From positions 22,350,708 through 22,414,707 of the forward strand of contig JARFYF010000012.1 of assembly GCA_030265395.1 (NCBI GenBank): a stretch of DNA of 64,000 nt. The letters run 5' to 3'. This stretch comes from Rhina ancylostomus (taxonomy: Eukaryota). A model generated the notes under the pieces. That model made no database searches. It was not told the origin of the DNA and saw only the letters and a program-made list of their open reading frames with translations. This document shows positions 37,691-49,890 of this stretch, one piece after another (position 1 is the first letter of the stretch; every line of letters begins with the position of its first letter). The translations under genes and the position numbers were made by a program.

Positions 37691-40689
37691 CCAACAATGG
37701 TAAAATTGGCAATGTACTCTGCAATTTACCACACCGATTTTATCTTTAAAAAAGGATTCCATGTCCATACATTTTTAATAAGAAATTAGCTCAGCAAGAT
37801 GTTGGCAAATTAGAAGAGGTACAACCAAAGAACAATGCAATACTCCCCTACTTGTTGCCATGCTGGTAGTTTAAGAATTAAATGGCTACAGAATTGCTGC
37901 AGCTGTTTTGTGACACAGACTCAATATAACTTCTACTTCTGAAGATGAAACTGTAAAATTTCCTTTGATGGGGATGACAAATGGTTCACTGAGTGAATTT
38001 ATCTCAATTTATGGCTCAGTTGCCATTTCCTATTCAACAGTGATATCTTTGGGCCAACAATGATTTTCTGAGGTATGTTGGTTACAACTTTCTCAAATGC
38101 TACTTTTTTTATTCAGTCTCTCCATGCTACTAAATTCTCATGTTAAAGGGGTGCCCATTCAACCCAGCCAATAAGGTACATCAAATTATTCATTTAAACC
38201 TGCTGCTTGAGAATTAACTGTGAGCAAATAATTAAATAAAAACTGATTCTTAGTACTAGTTGCTAGCAATAAGGGCATTCTCAGTTCACACTTGGCTCTT
38301 TGGGTAGCTATCAAAAATATTTACTATAATCAGTGATAAAGAGAGTTTTGGGATTCTTCAGTTCTCTTTTAAAGGTAAAGGCAAGTAAGCCATTAAAATT
38401 AACTACCTAGTAATTGAATTTCCCCCATATTTGCTGTGTGAAATGGGCAGTTCATGCCAAATCAAAAAATTAGTATTAAAAAAATTCACAAAATTTAGAC
38501 ATTATTGCTTTAAGAAATCACTATTTTGGCTTACTCTTTAAAAATTGCTAAAACCTGACGTGCACAATTCACAGGCACCATGGCTTGCTCAGGATGCCTC
38601 AGCTCCAGGCTGCCATGAAGGTGATGTCACACAGCAAGGGAGGGGTAGATATCATGACGAATGGAGTTGGAAGGGGAAATCAGGAGGGTGGAGAGGAGGA
38701 AGGACGGAGCAGTTAGCAGTTCACCAAAGCCTGGATCAAAACTGAGGGAGGGCTGCTGGCAACCAAGTTTTATATCAATAAGAATTTCTGCGGATAATTT
38801 TTAACACACAAAAATGATATCCCATGTAAAGAAGTTTCACTACTTTCAGTGTGGTACTCCTCAGTGAGCTGTGAATTAAATACAAGGTTTGTAAGTTGCA
38901 AACTATAGATCTAGTTTCTGTCAGTAAGTAACGAATGGGTGTTGTGCACAATGATGATATCATCAAAGTACACCCAAAATACTGGCAAATGCACTGCTTA
39001 CGGATAAAAAAGGTGCAAATGTTTTGTTCACAATCCACTTTCCAGGTTAACACTTAACTGCTCAACAGTTACCTTACCTGAAACAAAATTTCTATCAATA
39101 AACCAAGTTTTCGAGTTGTTAATAGTGGCACAGAGGGATCATCTGGAGGATTAAAACACTGCATGTAAATGAATAGTAATAGCAAGTCCTGATCAGCAAA
39201 CACAGTTAATTTGATGTATAAAAGAAAGCAGTTATTGCATTATAAATGTAATAAATCATCTTGGTAACAGAATATTAGCATACCTGGGAACTCTGGCATT
39301 CAGCTGACCCCGAGACCAGTAAAGCCACTGGTTGGAACGGGAGCATCAATTATACGGTACTAATAACCTGGGCAAATCCAGAGAGTTCCCAGAGATGCCC
39401 AGAGGGTGAACAAACCCTTATAAGCAGGATTCAAGAATCTGTGAACATTGCAAAGGCTATATTTTTTAAACACACCTGAAGCTATAATTTCACCACTCAC
39501 CACAAAGGTTTTTGATCTCTGCATTCCTTCATGACAAAACTCCCTTTATGTTGGAAACTAAACATCCAAGAAATGATGTGGGAGAATCACATGTTTGGGT
39601 GCCAGCACCAAATGTGCAGGAAGATCAGCTATTGGCTTATACATGCTGTCTGCGATTCAGTTGAAGTCAATGTATTTTATGAGTGGTCAGATGTCAAACG
39701 TCTTTAGAAAAATTATGACTCTTAAAATCTTTTATTACATATAAGATTGTTGGCTTCTATGTTGTAATGAAATATGATAAAAATGAAAAATAAAATTATG
39801 CTAGCCCTACTCCCTCATCTCACCACAAATTCTTTCCTTTCAGATATTATCCAGCTTCCTTTAAAAAGCTACAATCGAACCTGCCTCCCCTACTACCCCA
39901 ACCATTGACTGTGTAAAAACAATTTTTCTCATATCAGTTTTGGTACCTTGCAAATCGCCTTTGTTCCATGTCCCCTAAGTTCAGAACCCTCCTCAGAAAA
40001 CAATTTATTTGTTGTAGCTTCTTTGGCATACCCTGAGAATAAATTGCTTAAGAAAGACCAGTCCTTTCTGGCATCACCAAACCATGTAGCAGTTGCAAAG
40101 ACACAGCTTTTCTTCTTGAAAATAGGAGCTTGTTAAGTTTGTTAATTTACAACCCATAAAAGCATCATGGTTGCAAAAGGTGGTTCATAAGAATTCAATC
40201 TCTTTCATGGTAACGAAACCTAACATCTGCAATAATGATTCTTTAATGTTCAACAAGCACCCAATGAGCCACTGAACTGCTTTAAATGTGGAAAACATTG
40301 TTAGTACAGCTGTTCAGTGTATTAAGTTTATGCAATATGACTCACCAGTCCCTTCCTTTGCTGGTGCGTTCTATCATTGAGAAACATCAGCAGATTTTTG
40401 GGCTGAAGGACAGCCCCAAATATCCAGAAATGCCAAGTGAGTCAGTCTTGATTAATTCCTACTGTGATCTTTCCTGACTGTTCTTTAATATCGTGCGGAT
40501 CTTGGAGTGAATCTGGGTGACATTCATGAAGTCCTGATGAACCCAATAAAGACAATGCTATTTATGGCAAATGTTCTGAGCACATATGGAGATGTGTCTG
40601 GTTTACTAAAGGTACAGTGCACTTATGTGAATATTTGATCTATTTAATCTTGGCTTATGTCTCTAGTCTTATTGCTATGCTTATCTTCT

Positions 40690-41215
40690 TTTCCCACTTG
40701 CTGCAGACCTTCTTCTGCCTGCCATAACTGTATGCAAAGTTATTCGGCAAACTATAATAACCTTGGCAAATTCTGCAAACCAGACTAAACTGTAGCACAC
40801 CTCTGCTCTTTCCAGGCATCTGAAATGCTCCTCGGGAACATCAATCAAGTCTTTCTCTGGTGCCACATTTTACCTCACCATTTACTGTCCTTGAATTATA
40901 CATTGTTTTGTGAGCTCTGGCTGTGGTACATTTCTGGTCTCCCAGCAGCCACTCCTGCAGATTTCATAGCCCTTCAAAAATTGCTGGCAGAATTAATTGC
41001 TGTTGGATGAAGGAATCATTGAAGTTGCCAAGGTAATGACATTCATATGCACAATGTGGCTGCAGAACAGTTATATATTCTTGGAGCAGCAGCTCTTTCT
41101 GCTCCTGAAAGGACTGTCTTGGGTTGGGATGCATATGGCCACATTAGCAGTGTCAATTATACCCTGCACTTTGGGTAAACCTGCCATATGGCAGAAATGA
41201 AGGGTTATTTCCTGT
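40690..41215 (-). pseudogene. Fossil PIF/Harbinger (HARBI1-like) DDE transposase catalytic core
   Basis: MAGLPKVQGIIDTANVAI (41187-41134; like AGFPxVxGAIDCTHV), FRSRK, YLGNFNDSFI (like YPGSxHDAFI), KGY..LQEWLL, HFRCLER...KVIIVCRITLH (like RFRCLDR...IIVxCCxLHN); stop and frameshifts. Confidence 0.85.
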
Positions 41216-43394
41216 TGGAGTCTGCTTTTGAAAGGTTCAATTCACTAGCTTTGGCAAACAACAGGGAGCTGGAGCTAGTGCTGGGGCTCAAGCTGGGTAA
41301 TTGTAAACCAACTGGCCCAGTAACAAACTTAGGGTTAAACACCAATTCTTCGTTCCCCACCCTTCTCCTGCAGCTCCCAATCCCCACTTCAATCTTACTT
41401 TCCATTAACAAAGAAATGATTGAAATAGAGATTAGGAATGTCAAACTAGTAAGAGGTCCAGCATATCTTCATTTGGCCAAGTCCATTTTAACAGTTGCAC
41501 GGCAAATTGTGCACTAGCTGTTATGAGATGTGACAAAAGTCAATTAGGATCGCTCAATTGAAATCTCCCCCATAAATGTTCATTACAATTCTAAATGACT
41601 GACAGCTGACCCTGTTTTAGAAGCGGTTTCCAAGACTGTTGTAGGAATGTGTATGATTTTGTTATGGCCTCTGTGTAATCTTAGACTGTGCATTAGCATA
41701 CATCTTTAGACTACAGCAAGGAAGGGAGAGTCTGGAGTAGTAGTGGCATGAGGATGGATCATAATACACTGTAAACATATGTCTAATATGCCTCATCTGA
41801 ATTTTCTTGCCCTCTCCAGAATATGCAAAGACAGAGGTACACCAATCAGAATATTCAAAGTCCATCAACAATGGTGCCATGCTTTGGGCAAAGTATCACA
41901 AATGGCAATGCTCTATTACTTGACAAATCTTTCAGAAAGTGCCTCAGTATTCATCACCTTCCCTCAACCAGCAACAGCAATAAAGCAGAAACATGAAAAT
42001 ATAACAAATCTCAGCAAAACAGCAATGTACATTAAAGACTAACAACTTTTCTGAAGAGAGAGGCTGTTTCTCTCACAGCAATTTTTTTTCATATGCTTGA
42101 AGAGCACTGTCCATGAGTGATTTGGACTTTAAGATCACTTCCCTTTATTTGAAATGAACTGAGCTACAGGAGAGTCCACCACATAGTTGGGGTCCAGGCT
42201 GCACATATTTTGTGCACCAGCCAATTCCCTTTGACAGCAACGTGTACAAGGATGAGGAACTGACATCATAATGCTATGAATGTCAAAAATTACACTCTGA
42301 TGGACAATATTCCTCTAATTTTGGACAGGAAATTATGCAGCACATTTCTGATTATTTTAGTCTTCTATCATTATATAAATCTAACATTCATTATGCCCAA
42401 GTTATTAGCATAGAGGTGTTTATGACCAACCACTCCACACCAATATTATTTGTATCCCCTGTTACTCTGCTAACTATATAAACATGGAGGAAGCCAGTGA
42501 AAACGAATCAGGGAAAATTTCCAAAAGCAATAAATGTTTGAATTTAATTTACCAACTGATATTGTTTTTAGTTTGAATTGAAGCATTACATTTAAACTAA
42601 ACTTATTTTCTTATGATTGATGAAAAGTTTGGACAACAGCTTAGAAGAGAAAGGCACTAGTAACTTGGAGCATGCCTTACACTTACTGGACGCTTTCAGA
42701 GAAGTCAGGCTGGTAGCCACGTCTGCCTGACAAAAGCCAGCCAGCACACATAGCCCGTGATGCCGGATTGCCTGTGATGAGGAGTGTTGCTCCCAAAGGA
42801 ACACAGAAAATAGCACATTTCCGCTAAGTACTCAGCACAGTGGCCATGATTCCTGACATGTAGACTACTGACATCAAGCAGATTAAGACAACGTTACTGA
42901 GGGAAGCTTACAGCAGGAAGTCTGACCCAAGGCTAACATTTTCTGCTGAGGAAGGGAAACTGACTCACAGACCAGACCGTAAGTACAGTCTGTGGGGTCC
43001 AGAAGTGGAAAAATACAGCCAACTGCCTGCAGATGCTATTGGAAAATCTGACAGCATTCTTCAGTATACACGACTTAAAGGAAAGCCACCAATTCATTTT
43101 GACTTCAGATGTGCTGTTGAACATTATCTTCCCACAATACTCTACTCACACGTATTAACCAACAAAACAAACCTTCTCCTCCTTCTCAGTCCTTCAGCTC
43201 GGGAAGGAGGTGCATAATAAGCTGGGAAGGTGATATGATTTTTCTACCATTAACTCTGGGCTTCTGTGTGTTCCCAGTGAAGGGAACTCAAGATTTTCAG
43301 TGCCAGCCCAGATGCTCCTTCTCCACTTTGAGTGGATTTAGGCCAGAGATTCCGATGAATCAGTCAGGATATTAATTTTATTTTAAGGAAACAT

Positions 43395-43900
43395 TGAGAT
43401 GTCCTTCCATCATTTCCCCTGTACACTAGTTAATCTCTTGTTGAGATGGACTTCAGAGCAGAGTGCCTGTTTCGTGAGTCTGGTGTTGAGCATGCAAATG
43501 AGATATCCTGTCCAGCAGAGTCAAACAAGAGTCATTAAAGCTTTGATTTTGCCTATGTTGTCCTGGAAGAGAATGCTCATGTGTGTTCTCTTATCCTGCG
43601 AGTGGATTTGGAGGATTTTTCAGTGACAGCATTGATGGTTTCTCTCCATCATTTTGAGGGATCTGCTGTAAGCAGTCCATGTCTCAAAAGTGAATGGGAA
43701 TCACTGCTGCCTGGCAGACACTGAACTTTGTGCTGGGTTTGATGTCTTCAAAAACTCTCATCAGCAATGCCCGTCTTTGATGAGAGATGCCTCTTCCGAT
43801 TTGGGAATTAGTACATGATTTCCAAGGACTCATTGTACACCTTTATTGTCAAGGATACTGTTGGAATGAGAACCTTTGTTTTATGGTGTCCAATACAATG
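43395..43900 (-). mobile_element. RTE-clade LINE fragment
   Basis: Minus strand reads WTAYSRSLKMMERNHQCCH*KILQIHSQDKRTH...LDRISHLHAQHQT, resembling RTE WTxYxRHLKxLExxHQRCLRKILxIxWQD. Confidence 0.85.
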
Positions 43901-44320
43901 CCCATACTCCTGTAAACCTCAGTGAACAAATCGATAATGGCATGGAGCCTACCCTCCAAAGCAGCAAGCCATAAGGTTAAACATGAGTAAAGGCTTCTTC
44001 AACAACCACCATTGTCTGGAGATAAAACATAGATGTACAGAGAAAATAGAGAGTATTGCGGCTGTCCACACCAACTACCTGTTTTCTTCTACAGGTCAAG
44101 AACCAAGTGAACTCCACTTCTTCATTTCGACATGTCTGCCACACCCTAGAGCATTTGTAATGTGGCCATCCAACCCAAATACCTGTTTTCCTCCACAGGT
44201 CACCAACAAAGTGAACTCCACCGGATTACTCTCAACAATCCATACGTGGATTGCAGTGACAGTCACAGTTATTGTTTCTCATTCATTGATAGAGAAAACA
44301 AGCAAGCAAGTCTCTCTCCC

Positions 44321-44495
44321 TGTCACAATGTTGATCTGAGCAAACTCACAGAGAACCCAAATGCGGCACACTGATACAAGACTGGAGTCAGGATANNNNN
44401 NNNNNNNNNNNNNNNNNNNNNNNNNNNNNNNNNNNNNNNNNNNNNNNNNNNNNNNNNNNNNNNNNNNNNNNNNNNNNNNNNNNNNNNNNNNNNNN
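44321..44495 (-). mobile_element. Second copy of the LTR family, mostly hidden in a 100-N gap
   Basis: TGTCACAATGTTGA...CAGAGAACCCAAATGCGGCACACTGATACAAGACTGGAGTCAGGATA nearly identical to 23530-23606; left flank CTCCC and TCCC right after the gap fit a TSD. Confidence 0.75.
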
Positions 44496-45736
44496 TCCCC
44501 CCCCCCCTCCCCATCGTGTGTCGCAAAATATATGTATTCCCAAGTAACACCTGAGTTCTTCAGCTCCATGACTGAGATTAGAGTAACCTTGGTTCTGGCA
44601 CATAGGTTTAATAATTTGCCATTTGTCTTATAGGTAATACCATTCCAGTGGGAAGCTTGTCAGAGGCGAGAAAGATTGAGAAAAAAGTGTTGGGGTAATG
44701 TTGCTGCCTTGTTTACACTGCTCTGCAGTGGAACTGAGCCTGTTTGGGATGAGAAGGCACTCATGCCTCTGCCATAACTGCAACAGGCTCTCAAAGATTC
44801 CAACTGATCAAAACCATGGAATTTGTAATCGGCACACTGAAGAATTAATCTGAATCCTTGAAAGTACTCCATCAACAATTTAACTTAGTTATAATTTAAG
44901 GGAAGTACGAACAACAACAACTCTCTGTCCCTTTCAAAGGAAATCATCCTTTGCATTTGGGCAATGAAAGAGCATGGTTTCTCTGTCTGCTTCAATTGCT
45001 TGCCACCTTGTACTTGCCAGCACAGCACATGCTGCACAGCCTGCCTCTCTGGACCATTCCACTTTCCTCCCATTTTTTTGATCTCCAAGAGGGCTATCAA
45101 TGACCTCTTCAAAGATCACAATTTTCCAGCTTATCCCAAATATTAGCCATAAATGCCAAACAAAATATTATTGTTAAACTGAAATTGAACTGTGCTGTCA
45201 GTATCAGTGATGTCTTCTACAACATACCCTGGCTAGAAACAGAAAAAAAAACCAGAAACCATCAGCAGATCCTATAAACCGTTACTCAGTGAGCCTGGAG
45301 AGGTCACTGGGAGTAGCTATTCACTGGTGGTTATCTGCTGAACCACCAGTCTTAAGATCACCTGAATTTTTGGACGTTGGTCCCAGCTTGGTTTGGGTGT
45401 AGCCCACCCAGTTGCTTCCTGTTCCCAGTCAATATTTATCCACTTTACAAGAATAATATTTTTTGCATTGAGACAAGTTCTGAATCCAGCAAATGCTGTA
45501 AATTAAAACTAGAATTATCTGCTTACTTATTTAACCAGATAGAAATGTAGTCAGAAATAAAAAAATAAATAAAANNNNNNNNNNNNNNNNNNNNNNNNNN
45601 NNNNNNNNNNNNNNNNNNNNNNNNNNNNNNNNNNNNNNNNNNNNNNNNNNNNNNNNNNNNNNNNNNNNNNNNNNNNNNNNNNNNNNNNNNNNNNNNNNNN
45701 NNNNNNNNNNNNNNNNNNNNNNNNNNNNNNNNNNNN

Positions 45737-46100
45737 CATGCAATCCATACAGATTATTTCATCACATCAGTACATTGAGGTCGTACAAGGGAAAAGCAAT
45801 AACAGAATCCAGAATATAGTGTTACAGTTACAGAGAAAGTTCAGTTCAGGTAGTCAATGAAGTGAAAGGCCATGACAAGGTAGATTGTGAGGTCATATTG
45901 TAAAAAAGGTCCATTCAATCGTCTTATAACAGTGGGACAAAAGCCGTCCTTGAGCCTGGTGGTACGCAGTTTCAGGCTTTTGTATCTTCTGCCTGATGGG
46001 AGGGGGGAGAAGAGAGAATGTCCAGACTGGGAGGGGTCTTTGATTATGTTGGCTACTTCACTAAGGCAGCGATAAGTATAGACAGAATCCATGGAGGGGA
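45737..46100 (-). mobile_element. Rex1/Babar LINE 3' end
   Basis: ORF 45841-46092: ANIIKDPSQSGHSLFSPLPSGRRYKSLKLRTTRLKDGFCPTVIRRLN, the typical Rex/Babar C-terminus. Confidence 0.9.
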
Positions 46101-47129
46101 TCTATTTTAAGGCAACAACTGTAAAAAGCTTCCAAGCTGCTCAGTAAATTATAGCCATTATTATTCAACTTTTAGTTTTGGGAAGCCTTAGCATGCTGAA
46201 CACCAAGAATTATCATAGAGATTAAATATCGGAGACTCCCCGAAACTATAAAATAGCATCCCAGGTTTTGACCAGAGGCAAAGCTTCAGCCATAGGCTGT
46301 CAGGGTAATCCAGCAACTGGACAAACACACCTTGCCATCTGAAGCCCAGTCAGTGCTGAGGTCTCAGTATACCTTGCTGGGTGCCTCCTCAGTGCAGAGA
46401 CCCGTCCTCCCATCTAGCCCAGGTAACTGCAGGTATACATGCAAGGACTGTGGATTATTAGTTGGGTCCAGTATGGTTCAGCCCATTACCAATAACAAGT
46501 CCAACATAAAAGAAGGAAAATATTCATCAAAATGTGAGCATGTGAGATAAGGGGAAAATGATAGGTTAAAAGCAGTAAAAACATGAAAAGAAAGTAGGAA
46601 ATATGGGACTTTGAAACTGAAAATTGGGTTTTGGTGTGTGGCTGAATAAACATTCTTTATACAGAGGCCCAGGGTATAAAGAACAAACAGAATAAATTGC
46701 AAGCACGAATTCAACTGGGAAGATATAAAATAGTGGCTATTCCTGAGACAGGGCTGCAAGATGGTCAGCAATGACAATTGAATATAAGAGGTTAAAAGGA
46801 AATGTGGGAAAACTGGTCGAGCCTCAGTGGTTGAGTGAAATTGCTTCATCGCTCAGAACGAACATAACAAGCAGCAAACAGGTTCTGGAGGCATTATGAC
46901 AAGGAAATTCAATAGCATAACACTGTTCTTTTAAATATTATCTATTTGAAAATTGACTTTACCTTAAATGAAATGCAACATAGACCATTTCTTGGTCAAT
47001 TTGTGTCACTTAGGAAATTCAACTGGGCACCTGTGTACAAGATGACGTTTGCTCCTGACTGTTGTCAGTTTTGCCCTGTTTCATTCATGAGTCTGAACTC
47101 TGAGGGTTCTGAATCAGAGCAGAATCATT

Positions 47130-48220
47130 CTCTGACAAACTGGAGCCTAAATTAGAAATTTTCAGTTGATCAGAGACTTTGAATAGTTTTGGAAAAGACA
47201 AGTTATGTTGACAAGCCTGATGGATGTTGTGATGATGTAGCTAAAGTGTACAGGGACTGTCTAAGGATGACTTTTATATGGACATCTGATTAAGTTCCTC
47301 ACAGGAGACTGTTTCCTGTAGTTGAATTATGTCCAGAAGTCTAGGGTTGGGGCCTCAACTATTCCCTGCATTTCTTAACTACTTAGATGGTGAGATTAGA
47401 AAGCCAGAAAGCCATACTGCCAAGCTTTTCAACACAAAGCCAGCAGTGTAGATGGTAGCATTAAATTGCAAAGATATAAGAGATTAAGTTTATGGCAAAT
47501 AGAATTCAATGTGGGCAAATGTGGGATTGTTCACTTCAGAGAGGAAAGAATACTTGCTTAACATGTAAATTAATAGTAGTAGAAGTCCAAGGAGACTCGA
47601 AGGTTCATGCATATAGATCATTAAATATCATGGAACAGAAGTTATTCAAAAATATTAATGGAATGCTGAGCTTTATATCTAGAGGATAAGAATGTAAAGG
47701 TGTTGGAGTTAAGCTACAACTATTCAAAAGCCTGATTAGGTCACACCTGGAATTTTCCAATTCAGGAGGAATTTATTGACCTTAAAGAGAGGGCAGGGTA
47801 GATCTATCAGCATGATACCTGCACACAGATTAAATTACGAGGAGAGATTACACAAATAAGGGTTGTTTTCCCTGCACTTTAGAAGGATATGGGGTGATTA
47901 GATTGATGTTTTCAATATATTAAGAGAATCTATCTCTACTCTTTTCAGAGTCCAGAACAAAGTATACAAGAGTATAAAATTTAAAAACAAATCATAGAGA
48001 GGCAAGTGTAGAAATTTGGAATGGCTTTTCACAAATAGCATTTGATGTGAGGTTGATTTATAATCTTAATCTAAAGTTAATGGATTTTTAAAAAAATCAA
48101 AACTGTTAGGAAATATGAGGAAAAGATGGGTGTGTGTATTTAGGCCACAGGTCAACCATGATCTCTTTAAATATCAAAGCAGCTCAAGGAACTGAGTGGT
48201 CTTCTCCTGGTTCTTGTCTT
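47130..48220 (+). mobile_element. Old CR1 LINE, RT to 3' tail
   Basis: Traces of D KVPHRRL, SRVGASTI (SVLGP-like region), NGMLSFISRG, IRSHLE, NYEERL, and tail CAGGTCAACCATGATCTC...GGAACTGAGTGGTCTTCTCCTG. Confidence 0.8.
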
Positions 48221-49774
48221 TCCTCCTCTGTTCCCATGGGGAAGAAGTGACAATTTAACTTCTGGATTGGAAGAGTGAAAATTGAAAGTGGAAGACAAAC
48301 AAACAGCGTAAACAAAAAAAAATTTAAGGATGAAGAGGAAGTAAAGCAAGGGGTCTCAATGAATACAAGATGCCTTGGTGAGAACAGGGAGGTTTTCTGT
48401 AGAGGAAGCTCAGAAGAATAGGCCTTCTGGGCGTTCTGCAGAAAGTAACTGCAGGATTTCTCTTAAATTTTTTTTTGCCTGCTAACCAGCCAAATTGACA
48501 GGTTGGCTGCCTTTTGGGTGGGAAAGCAGCCAAGGAGCTTAGTGAGACTGCGAACAAGGGGTTGCTGGATGGAAAGCTAAGTATGTGGGGAGAAGGACTA
48601 GGGTTAAGGATCAATAGGTTAATACACATAGAATGAACTGGACCACTTCTTAATAACCTTCTTCCACCCACCCAGTATCCTTGGAGACCAAAATCCACTC
48701 CATCTCCCATGGTTACAGAAACAGAAAATGAGACAATTTTGGTTTTGGCTCTGAACAATTTATTTCAAAATCAATCCTAAACACACAAAGAAAATACACT
48801 TCAGACCCAAAGGAATATAAACTGTGGGGATAAAGTTTGGCTATAGATTCTTCATCAGAACTGAAATGTTGCTTTCCTATTGCTTGGAACATTAAACTGC
48901 CCTATCTTTTTCAGCTTCTCAAGAAAATTCCAAGATTCTTGATTTCATTTCTGATTATCAGCAATCACCAGCCTGCAGATTTCGGGTCAATGCAGATTTC
49001 AGGTCGTGCTAGTTGGGATGATATGGGCTGAGCCATCCTGAACCCAGCCTGCTGTCCAGACTCACTGCCAGCAGCCCTCACCTGCCCACAAGAAACTCCC
49101 AGGATCATAGGATTGGATGGGCTGATTGGGCTCCAGGTATCAATAGATCCCAGGCACTGAGGGTCCATTCCCAAGATGCCTTGAGAGTCACTGAGGGCTT
49201 GTCATTGTCAAAGAATTTCAATTGTTTTAAAATGTTTCTGATGGTCAGAGACATTTAAAAATCACTCAAACAGATTTAAATAATTAAAATTATTTTAAAG
49301 TTTTAAGAGAATAAATAATTAAAACACCTTAACATACTAAAATGTAATTAAAATGTATTTTATGTAAAATAAGCACCTAATTTTTTTCCACAGGAGGCGT
49401 TGACTGTGTTCAAGTGAATGGGGTCATTGTCAGTACATCAGCTGGGAGTTGGGGGTGAGTGGGGAGGGGTGCTGGGTGAAGAGGTATATTTATGGATGGA
49501 AGAGTTGAACAGTAATAGGTTACTGTCCACAGTCCCCATCCAACCCCCATACCTTTTCCACATGCAGAGATCTGGATGAACTGTAACTGAGACCAAATAG
49601 TGTACTTGTCACAACAAGTAAGNNNNNNNNNNNNNNNNNNNNNNNNNNNNNNNNNNNNNNNNNNNNNNNNNNNNNNNNNNNNNNNNNNNNNNNNNNNNNN
49701 NNNNNNNNNNNNNNNNNNNNNNNNNNNNNNNNNNNNNNNNNNNNNNNNNNNNNNNNNNNNNNNNNNNNNNNNNN

Positions 49775-49890
49775 GTGGGAGGAAACCAGAGCACCCAGAG
49801 GAAACCCACGCAGACACGGGGAGAATGTACAAACTCCTTACAGACAGTGGCTGGAATTGAACCTGGGTCACTGGCACTGTAACAGCGTTA
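49775..49890 (-). mobile_element. Young HE1/V-SINE-like SINE, 5' half (rest in gap)
   Basis: GTGGGAGGAAACCAGAGCACCCAGAGGAAACCCACGCAGACACGGGGAGAATGTACAAACTCC...GGAATTGAACC (B-box reverse complement). Confidence 0.88.
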
